A DNA stretch of 64,000 nucleotides. Origin: Chitinophaga pinensis (lineage in GTDB: Bacteria > Bacteroidota > Bacteroidia > UKL13-3). The notes beneath the pieces were generated by a model, which did no database searches, had not been told where the DNA came from, and was given only the letters and a program-made list of their open reading frames with translations. The translations under genes were made by a program, and so were the position numbers. Numbering within the stretch: the first letter of the stretch is position 1; each line of letters opens with the position of its first letter. The stretch lies in contig CAMARW010000008.1 of the NCBI GenBank assembly GCA_945860865.1, positions 51,897 through 115,896 on the forward strand, read 5' to 3'. Shown here one piece after another: positions 1-10,056 of the stretch.

Positions 1-3000
1 ATCTGTAATAGTTTAGCCGTGGGCGCAGTTAATACAGTTACCAATAACACAGTGGCTAATATGAATTTAAATTATGCTGCAACAGGTACTCAAGGAACTA
101 CGCTTATTGGAATAGCTGTAATAAATGGTTCAAGTGTGGTTACAGGGAATGAAATTAGTAACTTAACTTCTGCCACCCAAACTACAGCTGGTGTGCCAAA
201 CGCTGCTGTTGCAGGTATTGTGCACACATCTGTTACCGCACCCGTAACTATTTCTGCTAATAAAATACACTCATTGGTATTAACCGGAGCTTCTACCACT
301 GCTGCGGTTCAATCGGTTGGTATTTCATATAGCGGACCTTCAACAGGAACAAATACCATTAGTAGCAATTCGGTTCATAGTATATCCATAAACGCGAGTA
401 ACCCATCTGCAGTTATTACAGGCTTTGATGTATCTGGTGGTATTGCCAATGTGCAAAACAACATGATTCGTTTGGGTTATGATTCATTGGGAGGAGATGT
501 TACTGCCCCGGCAACGTTTAGAGGTATTACAAAATTTGCGGGTAGTTTTAACTTTTATTTTAATTCAATTTTTATAGGAGGTTCAGGTGTTTTTGCTGGT
601 ACTGCCAATACCTTTGCTTTTGCAAGAAACAGCGCTGGAACGGAAATAGTAAGAAACAATATTTTTGTAAATAATAGATCAAATGCTGCGGGAACTGCCA
701 AGCATTATCAAGTATTTTTAGCTAATGCAACTACCTTAATAATTAATAATAATTTATATTTTGGTAACGGCACGGGATCTGTTTTTGGCACATTAAATAA
801 TGGCGCAAGTGATGTTGCTGCTTATACTCCAAATTGGGTAGCTACAGATAATGCTAGTGCAGCAGCCAACCCTCAATTTGTTAATGCTACTGGTTCTGCA
901 ACATTGGGTGATTTACATATTAACCCAACTTTTGCTACTCCCATTGAAGCCTCAGGTGCAGCTATACCTGCAATAACAGATGATTTTGACGGACAAACCA
1001 GAACTAGTTTAACGCCAACAGATATTGGGGCTGATGCAGGTAATTTTATTTCATTGGATGTGAGAGCGCCAATTATTGCCTCTTTCTCGCTTGGTAACAC
1101 TGCTTCTACTGGCGATAGAACTTTTAATGTTTCTATCACAGATCAAACTGGAATACCATTGGCAAGTGGCCTTGCACCAAGAGTATATTTCAGTAAATCA
1201 GCAGCGGGTACTTTTTCATCTACGGCTGCAACTAGAATTACCGGAAATGCCCAGGATGGAATGTATTCATTTACTATATCAGCGGCAACTATGGGCGGTT
1301 TAAGTTTAAATGATTCTGTGTACGCATTTGTTATTGCACAAGATTCTTCAGCCAACAATTACATTACAAGTTTTCCTGCCGGTGCAAATGCATCCAATGT
1401 AAATACCATTATTACTCCACCAAACACATTACTTGGTTATAAAATTGTTCCTGGTTTTATTGGTAATATTAATGTGGGTGTTGGACAAACATATACAAGT
1501 TTAACAGATGCAGGTGGCTTGTTTGAAGCGATTAACAATGGCGCTATAAACGGTAACGTTACTGCATTAATTACAAGTGATTTATTAGAAAGCGGTTTGG
1601 TTGGTTTGAACCCAATTAACCAATCGGGTAACTTTACGCTTACGATTGCGCCAAGCGATAGTGTGGAGCGTTTAATTGTTGGAAGTTTTGCTGGCGGATT
1701 AATTAGATTAAACGGTGCAGATAGGGTAAAAATGGATGGAAGATTTAATGGAAATGGTAGGTATTTGAGGTTTAGAAATAGGTTGCAAAATGGATTTACT
1801 TTAAACTTGATAAACGATGCACAGCAAGATACCATAACGCATTGTATTTTTGAAAGTGTGAACAATACCGTAGGTACAATTACTTTTGGTGGAACCAATG
1901 TATTAGGTGGTACAGGAAATAGTAACAATGCCATTTTGCATTGTGTTATAAGAGATACTTTAGGTACCCTGCCTGCTAATAATATACCTAATACAGGGTT
2001 TTTTAGTCAGGGTTCTGTGGGTAGCAATAATGATAACAATACACTAGCTTTTAATGAGGTTGTAAATTTTGGATTTAATGGAATAAACTTAAGCACAACA
2101 GCTGGCGATTTTTGGAACATTAACAACAATAGTTTCTATCAAACCATTGTTAAAGCAAATGTATTAACTATTATTCAAATTGATGGTGGAACCGGACATA
2201 CCATTAATGCCAATAGCATTGGTGGTTCAAGCGCCAATAGGAGTGGTGCTGCCTTCACTACCACCTCAACTTCAAATCCAAACATTATTGCTGTAAGAAT
2301 TAATAATGCGCTAACCACTGCACAGGTAAGTAATAACTTAATTTCTAATATCGCAAGTACCAGTGCTGTAAATTTAATTACTATCTCTGCGGGTAATATT
2401 ACCGTTTCTAACAATACAATTGGTGGAGGTGCTATGCCATATGATACTATTCAAAATGGTTTTGATAATGGTATTATAAATATTACAGGTGGCACCGTTT
2501 CTATTGCTAACAATACCATAGGTAATATTTCTTATTATGATGGTTTTGGGGATAGAACAAGTGGTATCACTGTTACTGGAGGAACTGTAAACATTGTTGG
2601 AAATACCATCAGAGATATCAAAGGAAATTCGAGTGGAACTGCATTTACTTTCTTAATAACTGGTATGCACATAAGTGGTGGTGTTAACCATGTAATAGAA
2701 AGAAATACTATTTTTAATATCCAAAACACCAATACAGGTTCTAGTGCCTATACTACTGCAGGGATAAACATCACCAGTGGAACAAACCTTTTGGTTCAGC
2801 GCAATAGAATACATTCGATTTTTGGAAACGGAATTGGTGCAGGTGCAAGTTCTAATCAGGTATTTGGAATATACACTGCCGCCATTGGTGGTATCACTTT
2901 TAGAAATAACCAGATTGCAATGGGTAATCTCACAAGCGGAGAAACCAGGGCCTATGGTATTCAAGATGTAGCAAATTCTGGCGTTAATAACTATTTTTAT

Positions 3001-4518
3001 AATAGTATTTTACTGAATGGCCAAGTAACAGGTGGTTCAAATAATAGCTATTGCTTACAAAGAACGGGTTTGGTAGATGTAAATGTATTTAATAATATCT
3101 TTTATAATAACCGCCGTACTTTAGGGAACGGTATAGCTTTTGGCATGGGAGCAAATACTTTAACGGGTATTACTCCAGCGGCTAATAATTATAACTTATT
3201 TATTGTAAATGATACTACAAGGGTTGTTGAAGGTCCGATAGGATTTACTAATAGCATCAGTGCTTTCAATACCTTATACACAAACGTAAATACCTATAGT
3301 TCTAATTGGTATGCCTTAGGAAACCAAGTGCCTGTTCAAACCTTATTTGTGGATTCTATTATTGGGAATTTAAATATTGTGAACACACACGGAAATGCTT
3401 GGTATGCTAATGGAAAAGGGTTGCCATTGGCAAATCAATTGGTAGATTTTAACAATAACACGCGCTCTGTTTCTATTTTAGGTGGAGCAACAGATATCGG
3501 TTCAAACGAATTTACAACAAGTGTTTTACCTCCTTTGGCAACAGCTAGTGCAGCTCCTGCTGCAAATACTATCACAACTTACACATTTGGTGCAAGACAA
3601 GTTGCGAGTGTGCAGTGGGGTAGTGCAGGTACATTGCCAACAGATTTAGCGGTTAGGTATTACTCGGGTGTAAACCCACCAAGCACCCTTGCCGGCAGCA
3701 CATTCTTTAATGCGTATCACCAAATAACTGCTACAGGTGGAGCAGGGTTTAGCTATCAATTAAATTTATTGGCCGATTCTGCCATTAGGGGTTCAGTGGC
3801 TAATATGAATGTTGCAAATATGGCAAGGTTTAATACGGGTTGGCAGTTAATTTCTGGATCTGCTACACAAGGTAATGCAGCCAGATTATTTACTACCAGT
3901 GTGCAAAATACTTTTGGTATTTTTACCGGAACACAGGGTAATAATAACCCATTGCCTGTAAGTTACCTCAGCTTTATGGCACAAAGTATTGGTGCAGATG
4001 TAAGTTTAAATTGGCAAACAGCTTTTGAACTTAATAACAAAGGTTTTTATGTGGAACGTTCTATAGATGGAACTGAATTTACAAGCATTGGATTTGTAAA
4101 AGGTAAAGGAAATAGTAATAAGCTTGAAGCCTATAATACTGTTGATGCAAATGCCTTTGAAAACGCAGGTGTTAGCAGTTTATACTACCGTTTACGTCAG
4201 GTAGATTTTGAAGGAACAGAATCTTTATCTGAAACCAAGTTAGTGTTACAAAAAGAAATATTATCGCATGCTGTTGTTGTGTTTCCTAATCCTTTTACAG
4301 AAACTGTTTCGGTGCAAGTAGTTTCTGCAGAAGCTGGTATGGGACAAATTCAGGTATTGGATATGAATGGCAAAGAAATGTTTGTAATGCCTGCAGCATT
4401 AAGGAAGGACATGCAAACTATTGTTCTGCCAAATGCTGCACTTTTATCGGCAGGTATCTATTTTATAAAGGTAATTTCGCCTACCCAAACAGAGGTAATA
4501 AAAGTGATTAAACAATAA
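1..4518 (+). CDS. Large T9SS type A CTD surface protein with parallel beta-helix repeats (5'-truncated by window)
   Basis: Frame is open from base 1. Asn/Gly/Ile-rich 'NxIxN' beta-helix repeats, DIGADAG/DIGSNEF caps, PLPVSYLSF...LNWQTAFELNNKGFYVERS Ig-like domain, CTD VFPNPF...GIYFIKV...KVIKQ. Confidence 0.85.
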   Translation: MCNSLAVGAVNTVTNNTVANMNLNYAATGTQGTTLIGIAVINGSSVVTGNEISNLTSATQTTAGVPNAAVAGIVHTSVTAPVTISANKIHSLVLTGASTTAAVQSVGISYSGPSTGTNTISSNSVHSISINASNPSAVITGFDVSGGIANVQNNMIRLGYDSLGGDVTAPATFRGITKFAGSFNFYFNSIFIGGSGVFAGTANTFAFARNSAGTEIVRNNIFVNNRSNAAGTAKHYQVFLANATTLIINNNLYFGNGTGSVFGTLNNGASDVAAYTPNWVATDNASAAANPQFVNATGSATLGDLHINPTFATPIEASGAAIPAITDDFDGQTRTSLTPTDIGADAGNFISLDVRAPIIASFSLGNTASTGDRTFNVSITDQTGIPLASGLAPRVYFSKSAAGTFSSTAATRITGNAQDGMYSFTISAATMGGLSLNDSVYAFVIAQDSSANNYITSFPAGANASNVNTIITPPNTLLGYKIVPGFIGNINVGVGQTYTSLTDAGGLFEAINNGAINGNVTALITSDLLESGLVGLNPINQSGNFTLTIAPSDSVERLIVGSFAGGLIRLNGADRVKMDGRFNGNGRYLRFRNRLQNGFTLNLINDAQQDTITHCIFESVNNTVGTITFGGTNVLGGTGNSNNAILHCVIRDTLGTLPANNIPNTGFFSQGSVGSNNDNNTLAFNEVVNFGFNGINLSTTAGDFWNINNNSFYQTIVKANVLTIIQIDGGTGHTINANSIGGSSANRSGAAFTTTSTSNPNIIAVRINNALTTAQVSNNLISNIASTSAVNLITISAGNITVSNNTIGGGAMPYDTIQNGFDNGIINITGGTVSIANNTIGNISYYDGFGDRTSGITVTGGTVNIVGNTIRDIKGNSSGTAFTFLITGMHISGGVNHVIERNTIFNIQNTNTGSSAYTTAGINITSGTNLLVQRNRIHSIFGNGIGAGASSNQVFGIYTAAIGGITFRNNQIAMGNLTSGETRAYGIQDVANSGVNNYFYNSILLNGQVTGGSNNSYCLQRTGLVDVNVFNNIFYNNRRTLGNGIAFGMGANTLTGITPAANNYNLFIVNDTTRVVEGPIGFTNSISAFNTLYTNVNTYSSNWYALGNQVPVQTLFVDSIIGNLNIVNTHGNAWYANGKGLPLANQLVDFNNNTRSVSILGGATDIGSNEFTTSVLPPLATASAAPAANTITTYTFGARQVASVQWGSAGTLPTDLAVRYYSGVNPPSTLAGSTFFNAYHQITATGGAGFSYQLNLLADSAIRGSVANMNVANMARFNTGWQLISGSATQGNAARLFTTSVQNTFGIFTGTQGNNNPLPVSYLSFMAQSIGADVSLNWQTAFELNNKGFYVERSIDGTEFTSIGFVKGKGNSNKLEAYNTVDANAFENAGVSSLYYRLRQVDFEGTESLSETKLVLQKEILSHAVVVFPNPFTETVSVQVVSAEAGMGQIQVLDMNGKEMFVMPAALRKDMQTIVLPNAALLSAGIYFIKVISPTQTEVIKVIKQ

Positions 4519-4528
4519 GCTAAGTACA

Positions 4529-4576
4529 ATTATAAAAAAGGCCAAACTCTCTAGAGAGTTTGGCCTTTTTTATAAT
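4529..4576. terminator. Bidirectional intrinsic terminator (perfect 48-bp palindrome)
   Basis: ATTATAAAAAAGGCCAAACTCTCTAGAGAGTTTGGCCTTTTTTATAAT equals its own reverse complement, has A/T tails on both sides, and lies between convergent genes. Confidence 0.9.
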
Positions 4577-4629
4577 AGATAGCAAGAAATTTATATAATA
4601 AAATGGTAATGTATGGTTTCGGTTCACAA

Positions 4630-5595
4630 TTATATTTGTGCCTTCACCGCCGCTCTTTTTAACCTATCGTTTATAGCAAGGCCCAGATTTTCTTCTGGCA
4701 ATAGCTCGGCAATAATCAATTTTTTACCTAAGGTGTCTGCTTTTCTGATGGCCGCAAATAAGTTTTGCGCTGCCTCTGCATAATCGCCACTTTCGCTTAA
4801 AATAATTTGGTTCGAACCAATAATTTTTGGATGTTTTTGTTTGAACCCAATAAAGACCATTTCTGCATAACTGGCCTCGCCTAAATGGTTTTCTGCGGCA
4901 TCTAAATACAGCGGCGTTTGTGGGGCATAATGCCTGCTCAACATGCCAGGTGCTTGCGGATTTTCATTGTTAATGAGCATCGTTTTATCCAGCGTTTGGT
5001 TCAGCACTTGTTCTATTTTTTCTATAGATAAACCACCTAACCTAAGTAGTTTGGGGATGCCACCTGCAAACGTTATAATGGTAGATTCTAAACCCACCAT
5101 GCAGCGGCCGCCGTTTAATACCGCAGCTATTTGTGGGCCTAATTGTGCCTCCACATCTTGGGCGCTGGTTGGACTAACCGTTCCAGATAAATTGGCACTT
5201 GGCGCGGCCACAGGGAAATCCAAACTGGCTAAGAGTTGAAGCGTTTGCGGATGCTTGGGAATGCGAATGGCTACCGTATCCTGTCCGGCTGTAACCAAAT
5301 CGGGTATAGCATCACTTTTGGGCACTACAAACGTAATGGGTCCTGGCGAAAAAGCCTTAGCCAAAAGTAATGCGCTTTCTGGCAAATGTATGCCCCAATG
5401 AGTAAAACGCTCAAGCGAGTTGCTATGTAAAATTAAGGGGTTAAAATGTGGCCTGTTTTTAACCTGATAAATCTTAGCCACAGCCGCCACATCAAAAGCA
5501 TTGGCAGCCAAACCGTAAACGGTTTCGGTAGGTATGGCAAGCAAGTTACCTTGCATTAAAATGTTTTTTGCTAAAGCTATATCTTCAATAATCAT
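4630..5595 (-). CDS. sua5: L-threonylcarbamoyladenylate synthase (Sua5/TsaC2)
   Basis: PTETVYGLAANA, KNRPHFNPLI, AAPSANLSG, APGMLSRHYAP and a C-terminal SUA5 domain. Confidence 0.93.
   Translation of the reverse strand: MIIEDIALAKNILMQGNLLAIPTETVYGLAANAFDVAAVAKIYQVKNRPHFNPLILHSNSLERFTHWGIHLPESALLLAKAFSPGPITFVVPKSDAIPDLVTAGQDTVAIRIPKHPQTLQLLASLDFPVAAPSANLSGTVSPTSAQDVEAQLGPQIAAVLNGGRCMVGLESTIITFAGGIPKLLRLGGLSIEKIEQVLNQTLDKTMLINNENPQAPGMLSRHYAPQTPLYLDAAENHLGEASYAEMVFIGFKQKHPKIIGSNQIILSESGDYAEAAQNLFAAIRKADTLGKKLIIAELLPEENLGLAINDRLKRAAVKAQI
4807..4820. repeat. Dispersed palindrome TTGGTTCGAACCAA (copy 1)
   Basis: Exact 14-bp palindrome inside sua5 (encodes GSNQ). Confidence 0.85.
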
Positions 5596-5684
5596 CTCAG
5601 CTGCAAAGTAACAAGATTTAACCTTAGTTTTATTTTGATTGCGTACGCAAAATAATAAATGCTTTAATAGGCTTACACCATTAA

Positions 5685-6572
5685 CTAACTAAATCTAGGT
5701 GAAACAACCAATTCTTTTGAACCTGGTGTATAAACATAAAAACCTTCTCCAGATTTAGCTCCCAAAATACCAGCCGTTACCATATTCACTAAAAGCGGAC
5801 AAGGTGCATATTTAGTATCCCCTAAGCCTTCGTAAAGCACATTCATAATGGCTAAACATACATCTAAGCCAATAAAATCTGCTAATTGTAACGGGCCCAT
5901 TGGGTGAGCCATACCTAGTTTCATAACGGTATCTATAGATTCTACCGATCCCACGCCACTTTGTAAACAAATGATGGCTTCATTAATCATTGGCATTAAA
6001 ATACGATTGGCAATAAAGCCAGCATAATCGTTGGCCTCTGCAGGAATTTTACCAATTGCTTTAGATAAATTTACTACTGCTAAACTTACCTCTTTAGCTG
6101 TTTTATATCCATTAATTATCTCTACCAATTTCATTACCGGTACTGGGTTCATAAAATGCATGCCAATTACTTTGTCTGGGCGCTTAGTAACACTCGCAAT
6201 TTTAGTAATAGATATAGAGGAAGTATTAGATGCTAAAATACAATGTGCCGGCGCATACTCATCAATTTGTTTAAAAATATCAAGTTTGATATTAATGTTT
6301 TCGCTGGCCGCTTCTATAATTAAATCTGCATGGCTGCTTGCTTCTTTTAAACTCGTAAAAGTAGTAATATTGGCTAATGTAGTTTGTTTTATATCTTCTG
6401 TAATACTGCCTTTAGATACCATTCTGTCTAAATTTTTACCAATGGTTTCAATGGCTTTCTTTAATTGAATTTCATTCACATCAATTAAATTAACTTGGTA
6501 ATTGTTTTGCGCAAACACATGTGCAATTCCATTGCCCATTGTTCCTGATCCTATAACTGTTATGTTCTTCAT
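5685..6572 (-). CDS. hbd: 3-hydroxybutyryl-CoA dehydrogenase
   Basis: VIGSGTMGNGIA NAD-binding motif, SNTSSISI, GMHFMNP, HPMGPL. Start refined to ATG at 6572 (MKNITVIG). Confidence 0.92.
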   Translation of the reverse strand: MKNITVIGSGTMGNGIAHVFAQNNYQVNLIDVNEIQLKKAIETIGKNLDRMVSKGSITEDIKQTTLANITTFTSLKEASSHADLIIEAASENINIKLDIFKQIDEYAPAHCILASNTSSISITKIASVTKRPDKVIGMHFMNPVPVMKLVEIINGYKTAKEVSLAVVNLSKAIGKIPAEANDYAGFIANRILMPMINEAIICLQSGVGSVESIDTVMKLGMAHPMGPLQLADFIGLDVCLAIMNVLYEGLGDTKYAPCPLLVNMVTAGILGAKSGEGFYVYTPGSKELVVSPRFS

Positions 6573-6590
6573 TATTAAATTAATTAAGCA

Positions 6591-6598
6591 CAAATGTA
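6591..6598 (-). promoter_or_regulatory. Bacteroidota sigma70 -7 box (TACATTTG) for hbd
   Basis: Matches TAnnTTTG, 18 nt upstream of the start. Confidence 0.55.
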
Positions 6599-6656
6599 TA
6601 AAAGCCGTTTCATTAAAAAAGTTATATCTTAAATCAATTTACTCACAAGAATGTTT

Positions 6657-6664
6657 TAAATTTG
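6657..6664 (+). promoter_or_regulatory. -7 box (TAAATTTG) for the M43 peptidase gene
   Basis: Matches TAnnTTTG, 5 nt before ATG 6670. Confidence 0.5.
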
Positions 6665-6669
6665 AAGTG

Positions 6670-8079
6670 ATGCAAAAATTAAAATTTATTTTTCTGTTTT
6701 TTAGCGTTTTACCGCTTTCCTTATTGGCTCAAGAACTATCTTGTTACCATAAATTTACGCCTAAGCAAATTCAAAATCTACAGGTTTTTCAACAAAAATT
6801 GCAAAGTGGAAATCCAATTAGTCTTCAAAAAAGCACTCAATTTGTTCCCCTAAAGGTACATATTGTTGGAAACTCAGCCGGAGTTGGATATTATTCTATC
6901 AATAATTTAATGCTTGCCCTTTGCGAAATAAATGAGCGTTTTGCCTCTGTAGGGTTTCATTTCTATTTGGCTCAACCCGTTACATATATAAATGATGATG
7001 CGCTAAACAGAGCAGATTTTGATGCCATTTATGATGTAGCATACGCAGCAAAAGTGCCTGGTATGGTTAATGTTTATTTTCATAATGCTGGAAATGTTTG
7101 GTGCGGGGTATATTTTGGAGATTTAGATATTGTTTTAGTTAAAAATTCTTGCCAAATGCCCATGGCTACCACACTGGCGCATGAACTTGGCCATTTTTTT
7201 GGATTGCCTCATACTTTTTTAGGATGGGAGGGTGGAAATACACCAGCATCTGCTGATATTGAGCGTTTAGATGGTAGCAATTGTAGAAGTGCTGGTGATG
7301 GTTTTTGTGATACCAAAGCCGATTATGTTTCTCAAAGATGGTCTTGCCCATTATCATATAACCTCACCGATCCAATTGGCCAAATTTTTAAACCAGATAG
7401 TTCTTTGTATATGAATTATGCTAGTGATAATTGTCACAGTAGGTTTAGTGCAGAGCAGATTTTAGCTATGCAAAATGATTTACTAAACAGACGTATTTCA
7501 AAAACTTCTGCTTTCAATAGTGTCTTAACTCCACCTCAAAAGATAACGCCACTAAACCTCGATTCGAATGTGAACACTAAAAATACTCTTTTTAAGTGGA
7601 ATGCCGTTCCAAATGCTTTTGCCTACCACCTACAAATTGCTCGTTTTGGAGACTGGAATTTTTTAAATGTTGATCGTTTGCTTACAGATACTTTTGCTCA
7701 GGTAAATTTATTCGGAAATTGGCCTTTTGCCTGGCGCGTAAAAGCAATAAGCGAGGGAAATACTTGTTCTGTTTTTGGTTCAATAGATACTTTTTATACT
7801 TCAGAGCAACAAACAGCTGTTTCTGAAATAACAGGGGCTAATATGCCCAGCCTTTTTCCTAATCCTGTTAGAAAAGATGACGTATTAACCCTCACTAATT
7901 TGGGTATAGGTACAATCAATATATACCATGCCCAAGGTAAATTATTACATACTCTGCAAGCATACACAAGTGGCCCTTTAAGCATTCAAATGCTTGGTTG
8001 GGAGCAAGGTGTTTATTTTGTAGAATTTATCGGTTCGAGCCGAAGGTTTATTCAACGGTTTGTTATTCAGGAAAACTAA
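6670..8079 (+). CDS. M43 (pappalysin/ulilysin-like) zinc metalloprotease with T9SS type A CTD
   Basis: Signal peptide MQKLKFIFLFF..., HELGHFFGLPHTF zinc motif, GDGFCDT, YMNY Met-turn, FN3-like segment, LFPNP...GVYFVEF CTD. Confidence 0.85.
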   Translation: MQKLKFIFLFFSVLPLSLLAQELSCYHKFTPKQIQNLQVFQQKLQSGNPISLQKSTQFVPLKVHIVGNSAGVGYYSINNLMLALCEINERFASVGFHFYLAQPVTYINDDALNRADFDAIYDVAYAAKVPGMVNVYFHNAGNVWCGVYFGDLDIVLVKNSCQMPMATTLAHELGHFFGLPHTFLGWEGGNTPASADIERLDGSNCRSAGDGFCDTKADYVSQRWSCPLSYNLTDPIGQIFKPDSSLYMNYASDNCHSRFSAEQILAMQNDLLNRRISKTSAFNSVLTPPQKITPLNLDSNVNTKNTLFKWNAVPNAFAYHLQIARFGDWNFLNVDRLLTDTFAQVNLFGNWPFAWRVKAISEGNTCSVFGSIDTFYTSEQQTAVSEITGANMPSLFPNPVRKDDVLTLTNLGIGTINIYHAQGKLLHTLQAYTSGPLSIQMLGWEQGVYFVEFIGSSRRFIQRFVIQEN

Positions 8080-8650
8080 GAAAGTCTTCTGGTGTATCAA
8101 AACTTTTACAGATTTGTATTTGCGCAGGGTTTATTTTTATGGCAGCTATTTTATTTAAAAACTCCTGTAATGAAAATTGTTGTGTTTGATAAGCCTCTTG
8201 CAAATACTTAAAATCTTTTGGATGATAAATGGCCAATAAAGGTTCATATTTTAATGAATCTTTAGAATAAAAGGCCACACTTTGTTCAAACGTTTCATGC
8301 GTTTGTATAAGTTGTTCAATATCTTCTATTCTTAACAGTGGATAGTCGCAGCCCAATAATAAAATGGGCCTATTGGGTAGTTTGTTTATACTGCTCATTA
8401 ATCCAAGCATAGGCCCATTAAAGCCAAGATTTTCATCGTCAAAAATTAAAATGGTTTCTTTGTCAAACCACTCTTGATGGGCTTTTTTACAAGATACGGC
8501 AGCATCTATCCCTAATTGCTTGCAAAGTTGTAAAACCCATTTATATTGAGGCATTCCATGGTAATGAAGAAGGGCTTTTGATTCTCCCATTCTTAAACTA
8601 TTCCCTCCACATGTAATTACTGCATTGATGCGAGTTGGGTAAGTTTCCAT
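8063..8650 (-). CDS. mobA: Molybdenum cofactor guanylyltransferase-like NTP transferase
   Basis: CGGNSLRMGESKALL, GPMLGL, LGCDYP, EPLLAIY, FDTPED motifs. Confidence 0.75.
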   Translation of the reverse strand: METYPTRINAVITCGGNSLRMGESKALLHYHGMPQYKWVLQLCKQLGIDAAVSCKKAHQEWFDKETILIFDDENLGFNGPMLGLMSSINKLPNRPILLLGCDYPLLRIEDIEQLIQTHETFEQSVAFYSKDSLKYEPLLAIYHPKDFKYLQEAYQTQQFSLQEFLNKIAAIKINPAQIQICKSFDTPEDFLSFPE

Positions 8651-8665
8651 GTTGTAAATATTGAA

Positions 8666-9970
8666 TTAAACCAAACTTAATTGCTTTACTTTAACAAGCA
8701 TATCAGCTGTTATTTGCTCTAATTGTACTTCCATAATTTCATTCACCAATGAAGGGTCGTAATTAGTTTGTACTTTTACATAATTGCTGGTAAAACCATA
8801 CATTATATCTTGGTCATTTTCTGCCTCCCATAACACTGGAAATTTTTTCTGTAATTGTTGCTCATAAAAAAATCTTCTTTTTTTATCACTTAAAATATGC
8901 AACATTTTACTGCGTTCATTGCGGGTTTTCATGGGTACTTTGCCCGGTAATTTTTGTGCTGTTGTATTCACTCTTTCGCTATAGGTAAATACGTGCAGGT
9001 ACGAAATATCTAATTGGTTCAGAAAGTTATAGGTCTCTAAAAAAAGCTCGTCTGTTTCTCCAGGATATCCAATTATAACATCTACACCAATGCAAGCTTG
9101 TGGCATCAATGTTTTAATTTTTTCAATGCGTGAGCGGTACAAACTTGTATCGTATTTGCGGCGCATGCTTTTTAATAATTGGTCTGAACCGGATTGCAAT
9201 GGGATATGAAAATGCGGAACTACACACTTACTTTTATTAGCAACAAATGCGATGATTTCATCGGTTAATAAATTAGGCTCAATACTACTAATTCTTAACC
9301 TTGCCAAGCCTTCCACCTCGTCTAATGCTTGAAGCAACTGATAAAAGTTTTCTGTTGTGCCCGAACCAAAATCTCCTGTGTTAACGCCTGTTAAAACAAT
9401 TTCTTTGGTTCCTTGTGCTACAATTTCTTGTGCCTGTTTTACTACATTAGCAATGGTGTCGCTTCTGCTAGCACCTCTAGCAAGGGGAATCGTGCAAAAG
9501 GAACAAAAATAATCACAACCGTCTTGCACTTTTAAAAAGGTTCGGGTTCTATCTCCAATAGAATAGGAGGCATGGTAATCTAAAACTTCTTTAATTTTAC
9601 CTTCTTTTACAATGGCAGTTTCTAGTTTTTTAGCTTCACCAATGTAATCGCTAATGTTGAATTTTTCGGCGGCACCCAAAACCAAATCTACGCCTTCAAT
9701 ATTAGCTATCTCTTGTGGTTTTAACTGGGCATAACAACCAATAACTGTAACAAATGCATTTGGATTATGGCGTAAGGCTTCTTTTACAATTTTTTTGCAT
9801 TTTTTGTCGGCATTGTCTGTAACCGAACAAGTGTTGATTACATATACATCTGCGCCTTCATGAAAATCTACTTTTTTATACCCTTCGGCACTTAAGCTTC
9901 TACCAATGGTAGAGGTTTCAGAAAAATTGAGTTTGCAACCCAGGGTGTAAAAAGCAACAGATTTTTGCAT
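8666..9970 (-). CDS. mtaB: tRNA t6A37 methylthiotransferase MtaB
   Basis: TLGCKLNFSE, INTCSVT, radical-SAM CDYFCSFC, RISSIEP. Start refined to ATG 9970. Confidence 0.92.
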   Translation of the reverse strand: MQKSVAFYTLGCKLNFSETSTIGRSLSAEGYKKVDFHEGADVYVINTCSVTDNADKKCKKIVKEALRHNPNAFVTVIGCYAQLKPQEIANIEGVDLVLGAAEKFNISDYIGEAKKLETAIVKEGKIKEVLDYHASYSIGDRTRTFLKVQDGCDYFCSFCTIPLARGASRSDTIANVVKQAQEIVAQGTKEIVLTGVNTGDFGSGTTENFYQLLQALDEVEGLARLRISSIEPNLLTDEIIAFVANKSKCVVPHFHIPLQSGSDQLLKSMRRKYDTSLYRSRIEKIKTLMPQACIGVDVIIGYPGETDELFLETYNFLNQLDISYLHVFTYSERVNTTAQKLPGKVPMKTRNERSKMLHILSDKKRRFFYEQQLQKKFPVLWEAENDQDIMYGFTSNYVKVQTNYDPSLVNEIMEVQLEQITADMLVKVKQLSLV

Positions 9971-9979
9971 ATCGGACTG

Positions 9980-9987
9980 CAAATATA
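9980..9987 (-). promoter_or_regulatory. -7 box (TATATTTG) for mtaB
   Basis: TAnnTTTG 9 nt upstream of the start. Confidence 0.55.
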
Positions 9988-10056
9988 GGGGAGAAATAGA
10001 AAATTCTACATGCTAAATCCGAAAACTACCCGCAAGCGCATTCTCCCCATTTCAAT

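Noticed and set aside
90-2964. Many short antisense ORFs over the giant T9SS genes (also at 10939-17416)
   Set aside because: They are shadow frames produced by biased codon usage on the coding strand and have no recognisable motifs
4630-9970. sua5 and mtaB as a t6A/ms2t6A modification operon
   Set aside because: They are separated by unrelated genes, including one on the opposite strand, so the proximity is probably incidental
9988-10048. 8-bp inverted repeat GGGGAGAA/TTCTCCCC between the giant gene and mtaB
   Set aside because: Short stem with a 45-nt spacer and no U tract, so it cannot be supported as a terminator or ncRNA
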